In this document: positions 26,376-39,620 of the stretch, piece after piece | How the letters are laid out: each line of letters starts with the position of its first letter | Numbering within the stretch: position 1 is the first letter of the stretch | DNA from: Lama glama | Lineage: Eukaryota | Assembly: GCA_028534125.1 (NCBI GenBank) | Contig: CM052817.1 | Coordinates: 75,952,001-76,016,000 of the forward strand | Length of the DNA: 64,000 nt | Reading direction: 5' to 3' | Notes under the pieces: model-generated | What the model was told of the DNA's origin: nothing | Database searches by the model: none | The model's input: the letters and a program-made list of their open reading frames with translations, nothing else | Made by a program: the position numbers and the translations under genes

Positions 26376-26759
26376 GTGGAAGAAAAGTAATTACTGTAAA
26401 CAAGATAATGAGAACTCTTTTGAAGGTGGTGGATAACATAAAGATAATGATTAGCTTGAGCAGAAATGACTGTAGGAGAATGACTGAACCATAAAAACAA
26501 ATCTAAGTAAAACCAAACAAGATGAAGCTGGAGAGATGAACCTTGTCAATGTCAAGTGACAAAGAGGCTGAGGTAAGGAAATTGCTGGATAGCACAATTG
26601 AGGGCATGCTTTATTATAATTTGATTTATCACGAGGTTTTAAGAAATTCATCTTGTGGTGTAAAAATAAACTATCTCTTTTCTCTAAATCTAGGGCAATA
26701 TCAGAAGTTTAATCAAGGAATGGTGACAATGTGATAGGACTGTGGAACACTATCATTCC

Positions 26760-26935
26760 CTACAGCTATCTCTAACACCCACTGCAATATCATTCTCAGT
26801 TTGTACCCACAGTTCTCATTTGAGGCAATGATTGAGCTTTTTGGCAGGGAATATGTTTTATTCTTAATGTCTCCAGAACCTAGCATAATTCCTGTCCAAA
26901 TAAGAGCATTAAACACATAGATTGAATAATGCATG
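26760..26935 (+). mobile_element. L2 3' end
   Basis: 'ggcagggaatatgttttattc...ccagaacctagcataattcctg'. Confidence 0.55.
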
Positions 26936-27489
26936 TTTAAATAGCTTGCATATTTGGGAAAGATTAATCTGATATGCTGAATTAATTAAAAAGAAAAAAC
27001 TGTTGATGGACTTTTGATACAGAAGACTGAGGCAAATATCCAGATATATACTGAAGATGGTCAATGAAAAGATAGACTAAGTAGCACCAGGATTCTAGAT
27101 CGATAAAGGGAGTTATTATTGAGATAAATAAAAAGTCTTTTTTGAGACTTTGGTTATGCTGGTTTCTGAATCTAGACAGGACAAAGTCTTTTCCTTGCCC
27201 TACTTAATTCTTTCTGTCCTAAAAAGAGAAACTAAAAGCTCACTTGTTCCCTTGTTTTCTCAGAATACTAGAGCCAAATCTGTTGAAGTCTTGATTTTAT
27301 TATGGGATATGCATTCAATGTCAGAAATAAATGTTAGAATTCTAGTTCTTATAAGCTATTTTAATGTGTCTAATGGATATGTATTAGTTAATAGAACTCA
27401 GATAATATTTTTTCTGATTTTTCCCATAAATTGAAATGAAATGTCAAAAATCATCACTAAACATTAGTATCCTTTGGTCTTTGCATATA

Positions 27490-27831
27490 CAGTTGTCCCT
27501 CAGTATCCCCAAGAGATTGGTTCCAAGACCTCCCGTGGATACCAAAATCCACAGATGCTTAAGTCCCTTATATAAAATAGTGTAGTATTTGCATATAACC
27601 TACATACATCCTCTGTATACTTTAAATTGTCACTATGTTACTTATAGTACACAGTACAATGAAAATGCTATGTAAATAATTATAAATACAATGTAAATGC
27701 TATATAAATAATCTCTAGAGCAAGTATTTTCTTTATGGGACTTTCTGGAATTTTCTTTATTTTCTAACATTTTTGCTCTGAAGTTAGTTGAATCTGAGGA
27801 TAGGTAAACCTAGGATAAGAAGGGAAGATTG
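27490..27831 (+). mobile_element. MER2-type Tigger DNA transposon
   Basis: 'cagttgtccctcagtatcc...gattggttccaagacc...ggataccaaaatccacagatgct', flanked by TA. Confidence 0.85.
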
Positions 27832-29619
27832 TACTTTTGAAAAACTATTTTTTAGCAGCTGATCCAAATAACTCAGCCAAAAAATATTTGAATTCCAAAT
27901 CAAATGCTACCCACAGTGACTAACTTGATGATGATACTATCACTTTTTTTTTCAAATTTCTATGAATCTCAGTATCTTATAAAATAATGTAAAATGTAAA
28001 ATTTTTGTACTTACAGTATTTCATACACACATTAGAGCTGTAATGAATTAGAATTATATGTTTCCACCAAAATTTGGTAAAGTTTTTACCTAATATGCAT
28101 GTACAGGAAATTTTATATTGACAATACCTTTTAAAATTAAGCAAATTAAAAATAAATATGCGAATTAGAATTCATCTACTGTAGTCACCTTTTCTTAGAA
28201 TTATCAAGTTTCTATTCTATTCTAATGTATAGTATTAGAGTTTTTTAAAGTAAGGGAATTAAATGTGACACTTCTGTGTATTTAATCATCACATTTTCCC
28301 TAGAAGTTAAGCTTCACTTAAGCATTACATATTTGTTTAAAAAAGCCTTTTGAAGAGCCATGGAGATCTTTAGCCAAGGTAAATACTTAGCAGAAAGTCA
28401 CTACTCCTTGCTGGCATGGGGACACTCATTGATCAATGCTGACAGAATCCAAAATTCTGTCATTATCTTAAATGTTAAAGGACAAAAATCAGCCTCAAGC
28501 ATTGGATATCAGATATATGAGAAAAACATTGCATGAATCATCATAAAATTATTGGGCAACATTTTATATGAATTTAAACTGTCAATGAAAACAGGAAATA
28601 TTTATTTTCATTGATGTATAGAAAAAAACAAGAATTATTAGAAGTACCAAATACTAAAATTATGTGATATATACTGTATTTTTTAAACTCCCTGAATATA
28701 TTTACATTCATATAGGGAGATAATATTAATATTAAATATTAGCTAATATTTTAGATGCTATTAAAGATCACAAAACTGCCTTTTTATTTTTGAATTTTTT
28801 AGAGTATTTATTCAGCCTCTGTTGTCTTAAAAACATTGTGATATATTTTGGGTGGTAGACAAGTTAGACCCCCTCCCTGCCTTCATGGAATTCACATTAT
28901 AATATAGAAATTTAAAAATTATTACAGGAAGGAGGCTTGAATATGAAAGGAGTAGAAAAAAGAGTGGGCTAGCAAATTTACTATTGCTTTGATTTGATAA
29001 AATTGGCAATAAGAACATGTTTTTACTCATAAATTCAGAAGGATCACACACTTTTCAGTGAGGGGAAAGGAACACCAGATTGTTTGTACAGATCATTCAA
29101 AACACCTAGTTACCAAATGCTGGAAGTTGTTTGGGGCAGTATATTGAGATATATAGAAGAACCAAGAGATAAAATCAGTTTGGCAAGGAAGGATATGTGT
29201 TCAGTTTGATTATGAAGTAATTTTGATTATGAGATGCATGAAGTAAATTTAAATATCCATGAGATATTGATAGGTGTTGAGATGGGAGAGAATAGCTAAA
29301 GCAAAGTAGTCAGTATAAGTGTGTATTTAAAAATCATTGTGACGTGTTGAAGTCTCTTTGTACTCGCTGAATTCCAAAGGAAAGAAAAAAAGAAAAATCA
29401 GAGGATAGAGCTTATGTAGAAGTAAGGTATAGGGAAGCAGCAGGATTTCAACTTTATACTTAAAACTTCGAGATGATGAGCTCCTATTCTATTAATTTAA
29501 TATTATAATCTATTTCATTAATCATAAAATTTCAAAACATTTAATAAAAAGTTGAGTGTAGAATTATTTTGTTTTATTTTTAAAAATTAAGGATTTAAAA
29601 ACAATTGTAAAATATCATT

Positions 29620-30510
29620 TCCTATTTTATATGCTACGAAGAAACTGTAAACAAAATTTTCAAAGAGAACAAAAGTATCCGTTAGATGTATGCAAGTACT
29701 CTTGTGCAGAAAATGAAACTTAAAAAATAAAGACATATTCTGAAATGAAGAGACACTATAGTGATAAAATTATTTGTATATATGTATTCTGGTAAATTAA
29801 TAGAAAAAATTGAAAACTCATGAATAGGGAAATTAAAATATAAAGAATTAGAGCTGTGCAAAAAAAAAGATGAAGCAGTGTTTATTATATAAGTAAATGT
29901 GTTTCACAGGATTATGAAATGTACTGAAAAACCTAGAATTAGAGATACAGTATTTGAAAATGATATATTAAGCTTAATTATATGACTCTACATCCTGATA
30001 CTTTACCTAAAATTAAGAAATGTGCAGAAATTTGAGAGTAGATGTAAAAATAGGACAAGCATCTCACTTTAAATGAAGGCGGGCAGTTATTACAGTTAAT
30101 TCTTACAATTGACCATAAAAGAAAATGAAGTTCAAAATAGTTTAAACTAGCATTGTTTCATTTATTCCAGTTAACAGAGGATAACATGTCTAAAGTGCAT
30201 ACAGCAAATGTCTAAAAAAATTAAAACAAATGTAGAAACCAGGAAACTTGATGATAAAAGTAAAATTAATATGACTGCTCAAAAGATAAACCTCACATGA
30301 CTAACAGATGTATACTTAGAGGTTTATATTCTGCAAGAGAAAGCAGACACATGATCATATCAAATATTCATGGAACATTTACAGGGAGCCCAGAAAGTTA
30401 TCTAAACACGTCTAAAATGTGGTCCAAAAAGAAATATTTAAGAAATAAATAACTGGAATTTTTAAAAAAAGAATGCAAGTATTTGGAAATTCAAAATTAT
30501 TCTCAGAAAT
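29620..30510 (+). mobile_element. Very old L1 fragment (ORF1 end to endonuclease region)
   Basis: A-rich, with 'caaatattcatggaacatttaca' and 'tatttggaaattcaaaa'. Confidence 0.4.
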
Positions 30511-31389
30511 AGACCAAACCATCATAATCTCTGGTTTGTTAACAACTGTTTACATAAGTATAATTTATAATACAATCATGAGTGTTTGGGAAAGAAAAAG
30601 TCCATTGTTAAATAAAGATGAAAAAGTTTAACTCATGGAATTATCTCACTTTGTTCTTTCTGTCACAGATCTCAAAATAAAGTAAAATGTATCATTATGG
30701 ATGAAAATAAATATTTTAAAGTTTGGTAGATCTAAAGAATATATAGAAATGAAAATGCATTTCTGGTTAAGTATTTAAAAGTAACACATAGTGTTTTTTC
30801 AAGTCAAAGCTTAGGACAATTGTTAGGAATTTTTGGCATTAGTACTTCCAAGCAGATTTTGATACATAGAGTAGGTAACATAATTCTCAATTTTTATTTA
30901 ATATTCTCTATATTGTGATATTTTCTGAATAACGCTGTCAGTAATAATTGGATAAATTACTACTTTTTAACTGTTATATATGACCATATTTTTCTCATTC
31001 CTCTAAAGATAATTTCATTGTAAATATTTTATGTCAGTGGTAAAAATGCAGCCTCCCCCAATTAAATTATATTCACCTGAGATCTTAAAACATCAATGAA
31101 TGCTTCCAGGGTAAAGTTAAGAGCTGAAGTCAAATGGCCTAGGATTTTATTTTGATTGTATCTCTTACAAGCTATACAACTTTAGCTCTTGAGACCCTAT
31201 TATATGTGAAAAAGGGTTAATCATAATACTTAATCTTTAGTTTCAACACCCATTTGGGTTTAATGGAGTGGCAAAGTACAGATTGTTGTTGAATATTTTC
31301 TGGATTGCTCATTCATTAATTTTTTAATTCACTCATTCATTTAAAAATATTTTCTGAAATGCTGCTGTGTTGAAATTTTTCTATACATT

Positions 31390-31510
31390 TTGTTTTTTAT
31401 TTATATACATATATTTTTATTGAAGTATAATCAGTTTACAATGTTGTGTCAATTTCTGGTGTGCAGTACAATACTTCAGTCATATAGGAACATACATATA
31501 TTCGTTTTGG
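31390..31510 (-). mobile_element. Young L1 3' end inserted in an L2 remnant
   Basis: 'tttattgaagtataatcagtttacaatgttgtgtcaatttctggtg'; short flanking repeat atacatt (31383, 31511). Confidence 0.8.
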
Positions 31511-34500
31511 ATACATTAATGAACATAAAAAAATCTCTGCCCTCCATGGCCTTATATTCTAGTGATTGCCAGACCAAAATGTAAAAGCAGCTAAACATGG
31601 TAATGGTCTCAGAGAAAAAGCACAAAGAGCACCTGTTTATATACTTTATTGTATTTGATTGTGCAGAATTGGGAATTTTTTAAATAACCAAATTGGAGAT
31701 TCAGCCCAATAGGTTTAAAAAGTGAAGTTCAAGTGCAATTATTTATTTATTTTTAATTATTAAATTAAAATTTAATTATTAAAGTTTTAATTATTAAAAT
31801 TTAATTATTAAACTAGTCATTTAGAATATTATGAATGTTTCTATTACTTCTTGTTCCACTTTTCATCTTTTTTGATTCTTAGCTTTCCAACTCTTTTTGT
31901 GTACTAAGTAAATGTGAATTAGTTGAGTAATTCACAGGACAGCTGTTGTTTTGCAGTATGTTTGACAATCTACATTGACTGACTACTGCTTTTTTTCTAA
32001 CCATTGGTATTTTTCCTCAAACTTACTATCTCTTCAACTGAAAGGAAAGGAGAGGGGGAAATAATTAAATGTTTTAAGCCTTTGCTATCTGTCTAATGAT
32101 TTAATGCTTCGAAATGCCCATAGCACCCATGGGAGCTATGGTCTCATATTAGAATTATTTAATGATAAAAAATGGAGACTAAACTGGTAATTGACAGAAA
32201 ATAATTGATCCCTGATTGATCTGATACCACAGTTTATTAACTTTATTACACAAAGTTGAATTTGGACAAGTTATTGGAGAAAGGCAGCGTTCTCTCTGCA
32301 TAATCAACCACACAAATGAAGACAGGGAAGTTTGTGCCAGAATATGACTGATACATTTCTAGGAGTAACTGAGATTTCTGTGGATTTAAACCCACCTTTA
32401 TAGGCTGTTATGAAGCATACGATGGTAGAGTTAAATTGTGATCCTGAGTACTTTGATACCCAGCATCTTGATGGTGTTGTCATTAGATATCTCTGGACTT
32501 CATATGTGAAAGTGATTTAACTATAACTAGCCATGAAACAGTCATGGTATTATCACCAATTCAGATGTGAATGTTTTCTGCTAAAAATTACTTCTCTTTG
32601 AATACGTGCTTCTTGAGCTGTCAGATATTGACCAATAACTTGCAAAACTTTTCATTGCTCTTTTGTCCAAATACCCAGAGACTCAAACTCTTAAACATTT
32701 CTAAGCATCAGCCTCATCAATCATTTTGACAGCCATTGGGCTGGATCAGAGACCCGTAAAAAGTCACATTATGGATGAAAAACAACTCAGTAGAAAACTG
32801 TTGAAAATGAAAACTCTCCATCATTCTTACATAGTTTACCTACTTGAATTTTCATACTTCAGCAGAAAAGAGAATGAAAACAGCAAGTACGATGGCAGGT
32901 AAAAAGTGAGAACCTAACTTCACTGATTTGTATGTTCTTTCTCAAATATGTTTTGAGAACATTTGTTTACTCATTATTTAGATGCTTATATAATACATGT
33001 TTCAATTTCTAACTTGAATTTTTCTATATCAGTAATTGATAAACAATTCCTTCAAAACTCTTTTAATTTCCTCCTAATGAAATTTCTCATTGAAGATTAT
33101 ATGCTTCCTAGCCATGTTTTTAAAAAAGTAATTTTAACTTGCATAAAAAGTATGGGAACTGCTGGGTTTTTTAAGTCAATTTGTTTGTTTTGGAAAAAAA
33201 GCATCGCTTTTTTCCCTAAAATGTATGTTTGTAATATGAATGATTGTATGTTTGAAAAGTTTGGCTTTTCTAACTGAAATACAATTCAGGCTGTCTGTGA
33301 AATAATGTTGCCAAAATATCCCCTAAACTAAAATTAACTAGTAAACTAAAATTAGTTCTAAATTGTTAATGTAAAAGAAGATATATTTGTGCTAAAAACG
33401 GAAGAATTAAACCTTTTTTCCTAGAAAATTTTGTAATAATTTTCTCTTTTAAAAACTTCAAATAATTTGTCCATTATTCCAAATGAAAGAATTTTAGTTC
33501 ATCCCTTTCTCAATTGTTATCACACTTAAATACTCTATTTGTGATAAAACAGTATATTTAAATTACTTTTCTCTATTGATTGTCTTTCATATTGCCTGAA
33601 TTCATTTTTAATAAGTACCATTAGCTATGAAAAGCTTTCCTAGAAAAAATCTACCTCAAGTGTCTGAAACAGAGTTATTTAGAAATAATTTTAAGATCAT
33701 GAAACGTAGATATTGATTTTATGTATTTAATTTTCAATTTGACTGAATTATTTCAGACAAAGATCTAGCCTGAAGGGTACTTTCATTGCACAAACATTTT
33801 TTTTTGGAGATAATCTCTTATTCTGTTTCTGCTACATAACTTTAACTGGATTTGCAAATAATGTTGCTTTAAAAAGCCCATGAGAGTTTTTAAAGCAACA
33901 TATTTCAACAAGAAAATGTATTGAATATTCTGATGGCATGAGGCAAGAGGTAAAGTTTTTAAAACGTATAATTTTAACATACTGGTTATAATGATCAAAT
34001 TATAGAAAATAAGGCAAAATATACATTTAATATTTGTAGGTGAAGAACAAATTCCATTTTTCAGTGTTTACTTTAATTAAAGTTTTCTTGGTAGTTTCCT
34101 GAAAAGATGCAATTGATGCTTGTTTGCATAAGAAACAATCTCCTGTGTTTCTAGGCTCACAGTCAATCATTGCTTGAGAGCTTTATCTATTAATAGAGTC
34201 ACTCGAGTTACTCTCATTATGTCTTCCTAATCTTTGACTCTGCCACAAATATCGATCTGAAAATGGATTGCCTAAGGACAGTAGCATCATGAATTGCTAG
34301 GTATTCTTAAAACAATTAGAGACACTTGCTCTTGTACAAATGGGTAGTGAAATCTGTCAGCCTGATCAGATAAGGTAGTATTACCCCTGGACTGAAGAGA
34401 CTCCTTGGAAACGTTCTCCACGTATGTCCATATTCCACTTCTCATGATAAACACACTTAATATACTTTATTTCTATATAGTTTTTTCTAAGAAATCTTCA

Positions 34501-35162
34501 TTTTGGGGAATATGTGATCAAGAATAATATTGAATCATGACACTACTTGACACACCAGTTATAACAGGTAAAAAAAAGTCAAAAGTCTTGAATAAAATAG
34601 TGTATCAAATTTTTGTACAAAATGGACTGAGCTATTCTAAAATCCTGCATATATTCCCACCTCTTTGTCAAAATACATCAATGTATATTAATCTTAATTA
34701 AAAACACAAGTACTTAAGTCAAGATTAAGTCACTATAAAGCATTGTTATATCCTCAATGTTAAAGTAACTCACAGAAATTCGTTTTCATTGACTTTGTAA
34801 TTGTCAGACCTTATAATCATTTCCTATGTATCTGGACCATAAGTTAAAATACCTGACAATATAAATAGCATAATGATCTCATTCATGTACATGATTTAAA
34901 ATTTTAATAAGTGTTATGATTTTTAAGACATCATCAGTTTAGAGGTGTCTTCTTAGTCTTGACTGCCTTACTCTTTAAAAAATACTAGAAACTGAATTAT
35001 TACTATTTTTATTATCATCTTGATTTATTACTTGACTTTTTAATATGTATTATTTTATCTCATTAAAGTGACAACAAGCTACAAAGGAATGTTTTTTCTG
35101 CATATCATATGTATGATAATGATTATCCCAACAAAGGCTTTTCAAATAGAGACACATGGTTC

Positions 35163-36369
35163 CTTTTTTGTTGATTTATAATGTGTTAGTTTCAAGTATA
35201 CAGCATAGTGATTCATTTTTGTTGCAGATTATATTCCATTACAAGTTATTAGAAGATATTGGTTGTAATTCCCTGTGCTATATAGTAAATCTTTGTTGCT
35301 TATGTATTTTATGGAGAGTAATTGGTGTCTGTTAATCCTATACTAATTTGTCCCTCCCTCCCTTCTTCTCTTTGGTAACCGTAAATATATTTTCTGTGTT
35401 TGTGAATCTGTTTCTGTTTTGTACATACACTCATTTGTATTATTTTTTTTAAATCTCATATACAAGTGATATCACATAGTATTTGTCTTTCTCTGATTTA
35501 TTTCACTAAGTATAACATTCTCTAGGTCCATTCACATTACTGCAAATGATAATATTTTATTATTTTTAATGACTGGGTAATATTCCACTACCTATTTATC
35601 TAGATAGATAAATAGATAGATAGATAGATAGATAGGCTGCATCTTCTTAAGCCAATCATCTGTTAATGGGCACTTTGGTTGCTTCCATGTTTTGGCTCTT
35701 ATAAACAATGCTACTATGGGCATTGTGGTGCATGTATCTTTTCAAACTAGTGTTTTAGTTTCTTCCAGGTATATACCCAGGAGTAGGATTGCTGGATCAT
35801 ATGGTAGTTCTATTTTGAGTTTTTAGAGCAACCTCCATGTTTTCCATAGTGGCTGCCCCAATTTACATTTGCACCGACAGTGTAAGAGGGCTCCCTTTCC
35901 TCCACATCCTCTTAACATTTGTTGTTTGTAGACATTTTGATGATAGCTGTTCTGACAAGTGTGAAGTGATACCTCCTTGTGGTTTTATTTAGTAATGTAG
36001 AGCATCTTTTCATGTGCCTGTTACCCATCTGCATTTTTTTTCTTTGGAAAATGTCTATTCAGGTCTCCTGCCCATTTTTTGATTGGGTAGTTTGTTGTTT
36101 TGATACTGAGTTGTATGAACCGTCTGTATATTTTAGATATTAATCCTCTTTTGGTCTTATTGTTTGCTAATAATTTTGCTCATTCCATATGATGTGTTTT
36201 CATTTTATTGATGGTTTCCTTTGCTGCATGAAAGCTTTTAAGTTTGATTAGGTCGCATTTGTTTATTTTGCTTTTATTTCTTTTGCCTTGGATACTGATC
36301 TCAGAAAACATTGCTATGATTTATGTCAAAGCGTGTTTTGCCTATGTTCTCTTTTAGGAATTTCATGGT
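35163..36369 (-). mobile_element. 5'-truncated L1 (ORF2 end + 3' UTR) containing (GATA)n
   Basis: Antisense L1 text with TSD agacacatggttc (35150-35162) and agatacatggttc (36370-36382). Confidence 0.9.
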
Positions 36370-36640
36370 AGATACATGGTTCATGATTTATCCATTCACT
36401 CATGCAACAAATGTTAATTTCACATATAAAGATCTGGTACTGTGTTAGTTGTGGAATTCATAGTAGAGGACAAAAATTACAGCCACAGCTCACAGATAGA
36501 CTTTAGTTGAATGAAAGTGAAATTGAATTTGTATATATTTTATGCAAATTTTGTTATGTTCACCCAAACTGATTTTTTTTGAAAAAAATGAGACAGGCAT
36601 GTACATCATGAAAGAAGGCACCTATGATTTGAAAAACATT

Positions 36641-37000
36641 GTAGACCTGTAATAAATCAACTGTCAGATATTTCTCTAGCAAAGATGAGATTATTTGGGA
36701 TCAATAATTTGGGGTCTACAACTATGGTGAGCCATGTGTGTGTCCCTACACATCAAGGAAGGAAAAAATACTTTCATAGAGAGAAAAAGGAAATTGGAAG
36801 GGCTATAATAAACGAAAAATCTGTGGTTTTTCTGTGATTGAGTCCTTGCCAGGAAAGAAGCTTTTCTTCTTCCTATTGGACTCTGCTATCACTGCAGGTC
36901 ATGAGAACAGCTCCTTCTGGTCTCCCAACTCTATTTCATTGACATTTCTGTTTATTAATTTTTTTGTGTTTTCCCTTTTTGATTAAGATCTTTCTCTGAA
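36641..37000 (-). mobile_element. ERV LTR fragment, family uncertain
   Basis: LTR-like text 'gagtccttgccaggaaagaag...ctccttctggtctcccaactcta'. Confidence 0.4.
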
Positions 37001-37039
37001 ACATATATTCTTTATTTATAATGTAATACTCTCCCCCTG

Positions 37040-37275
37040 AAGACTGAAGGTGTATACTTAAAAATTTGCTGAGAATAGATCTTATTTAAGTGTTCCTTTC
37101 ACAAAAATAATAGTAATAATAAAGAAGGTAGAGAAAACTTTTGGAGTTTATGGATATGTTTATGGCATAAATTGTGGTGATGGTTTCATGGCTCATCTCA
37201 AAACTCATCGAGTTATATACATTAAATATATACAGCTTTTTGTATGTCAATCATACCTCAATAAATCTTTTAAAA
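37040..37275 (+). mobile_element. L1MC/MB 3' end
   Basis: 'atttgctgagaatagatctt...gaaaacttttggag...tgtatgtcaatcatacctcaataaa'. Confidence 0.75.
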
Positions 37276-37576
37276 ATAGATACCTTTTTAAAAATTATGC
37301 ATACCCTAGTTTGTTGATTATAAAATAATTTAAATATTGAAAAATAATCTTGCAAATCTTTTTTTTAAAACTGAAGAATTCCTCCATTATTTGTCTGTAG
37401 TAATTTATACATTTTACTTTTTAAAAAATCTGTGTTCCAACTTGTCTAGAATGAAGGCCCATAGTAATTGTAATAAACTTGAAATTACATATACATACTA
37501 CATACCAATTAGAATATAAAATGGAACCTTTAAATAACTAATTCAATCCTCCTTTACTGAAAAATACTCTCGACTC

Positions 37577-38082
37577 TGAAGGAATTCAGAATGTGCCATC
37601 TCAGAAAATGCTGGTGTGGCACATTTAATATTTTGAGTTACAGGCCCTTGAAAACAATAAATACAAGAGAAGCACTCTGAATTTCCTTTTTTTTTTTAAA
37701 GCAGGAGATGAAATTCCCATGTGTAAGGTGCCCTCCCTGTATCAAAAGGAAAGTAACATTCTTATCAAGGATGAGAAATCGAGGCCAAGAGAATCCTATA
37801 CAAACAGGCCTTGTTAAAATAATTTATATCTTCCTTTAGCTTCCCCATGAAATATAGTTACTTTTCCACAATTGCCTCTCCTTGTTCACCTAATATAAAA
37901 GCAGGTAGGTTTTGCCATTCTTAGGTTCTTTATTCTTATGAGGGCTCCCATGCCACATAAAACTTGTTTAAAACAGATTCATATTTTACTGCTGTTGATC
38001 TGTCTTATGTCAATTTAATTCTCAGGCCCAGCTAGGAAAAAAAGCCTAAGATGGTAAAGGTAGGAGAGATGCCTCCCCTACA
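37577..38082 (+). mobile_element. MER34-like ERV1 solo LTR
   Basis: TG...CA ends ('tgaaggaattcagaatgtgcca' ... 'ctcccctaca') with 4-bp TSD actc (37573-37576, 38083-38086). Confidence 0.8.
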
Positions 38083-39344
38083 ACTCCAATCCAAGGCAAT
38101 TTCTAAACTATGTCAAAGAAAATGTATAGGCATTTAAATATGCAAATAAAATAATATTTTAAGTTAAGGTAATTAAAACCAAGAATACAGATTAAGTACA
38201 TGAAAGCAAATAAACACAGATATTAAACAAGAAGCCATTTTAACAGATTGCAATTTACAGTCAGTAAAGGGAAATACCAATGGCATACATATAAACAGGG
38301 TCATCAGGAAATTTTTTGAGTGTGATTAGAGAAATCTGATTACTTTTTTTATATTCTAAAGCATGATAGTAAGCTCCTTAAAAGGGTGTAAATGATTAAT
38401 AATAATGATAATAATAACTATGGAAAATATGTGTAACCCAGTCCTTATTGGTTCTAAAGAAAAACATAAAGGATCTGATCTCATTAGATTATAAATAGAG
38501 AAGGACCTCTTAATGCTTTGATGTCATAAAAGGCAAGGTCTGACTATCCAAGCTCTCAGAAATTCTGCCCTGGCCCCTATCACCCTCACCCCTCTACTGC
38601 CAAAGCTCTGTTCAAACACAACAGTTTCATGTTGCATAATTTGATTTTATATTCCTTGCAACAAAAACTTTTGTGCTATATTCTGTTATGTTATTAATAG
38701 AATGCATGAACATGCAATGAGACTTAAAGACTACAAAAAGCCATTTAGTTAATGAAGATACTCCCAGATGCAATATATTTAAGATTCTTAAAATGTTTTT
38801 TAGAAATCCAAAATACTCCAACAATAATTTTGTATTCCACGGATGCAGCAAATGCTTACATTTCAGTATAATGGGATAATATTTTTGACAGAAAATTAAT
38901 CATGATGCTTATGATGGTTGAGGATGTGGTTAGGATAATGTCAATGATAATATTAAGAAAAGTCCTGCTCTACAGAATGGAAGATTCAGACAGGTTGGCA
39001 TATGTGTCAGGATAAAGGAAACAGCATATGAGGATCTAAAATCTTGGCAGATGTGTCATTTCCAGCTGCCAGTCTGGGAGCAGGTGCTCATAAATAAGGT
39101 ACAATATAGAAACAGCTTCCATTCGAGTTCCTGAAGCACTAATATTGCAACCATTTTACTTTTCCATTCTTTTATCTTAGAAGTTGCCAGGGAACATAGA
39201 TTGGATTTTGTCCCTTGTAACTGAAGAGAAGCATCTATAGAGCCAATAACTCAAAAAGTAAAGACTTCATATTCACCTTCAATTTGGAGAAACAATACAA
39301 GTGAAGGCAATCTATGACAGTCATGAGAGAAAATGAGAGAGAGA

Positions 39345-39620
39345 ATTACAGCACTTCTTATTAACCACGTTTACCATCTGCTGGGCTACAGCACTGAGAT
39401 GTCTTTTATATATTAACTCACCGAATCCTCAGAAATATTCTTTGAGGTGGGTAATATTAATATCATCATCATCCCCATTTTTATTAAGATTAACCCTAGG
39501 CAAAAGTACTTTAATAACTTGCTCAGGGTCACACAGCTCGAAAGTGATAGAGCCAGAAAATGACAACGAGGTCATCTGACCTCTGATTTCACACTCTCAG
39601 CAACCAGACTGTATTGCATG
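39345..39620 (-). mobile_element. MIR SINE
   Basis: 'atcatccccatttt...taacttgctcagggtcacacagct'. Confidence 0.75.

Noticed and set aside
31742..31812. Repeated ttaattattaaa units
   Set aside because: AT-rich low-complexity slippage with no spacer structure.
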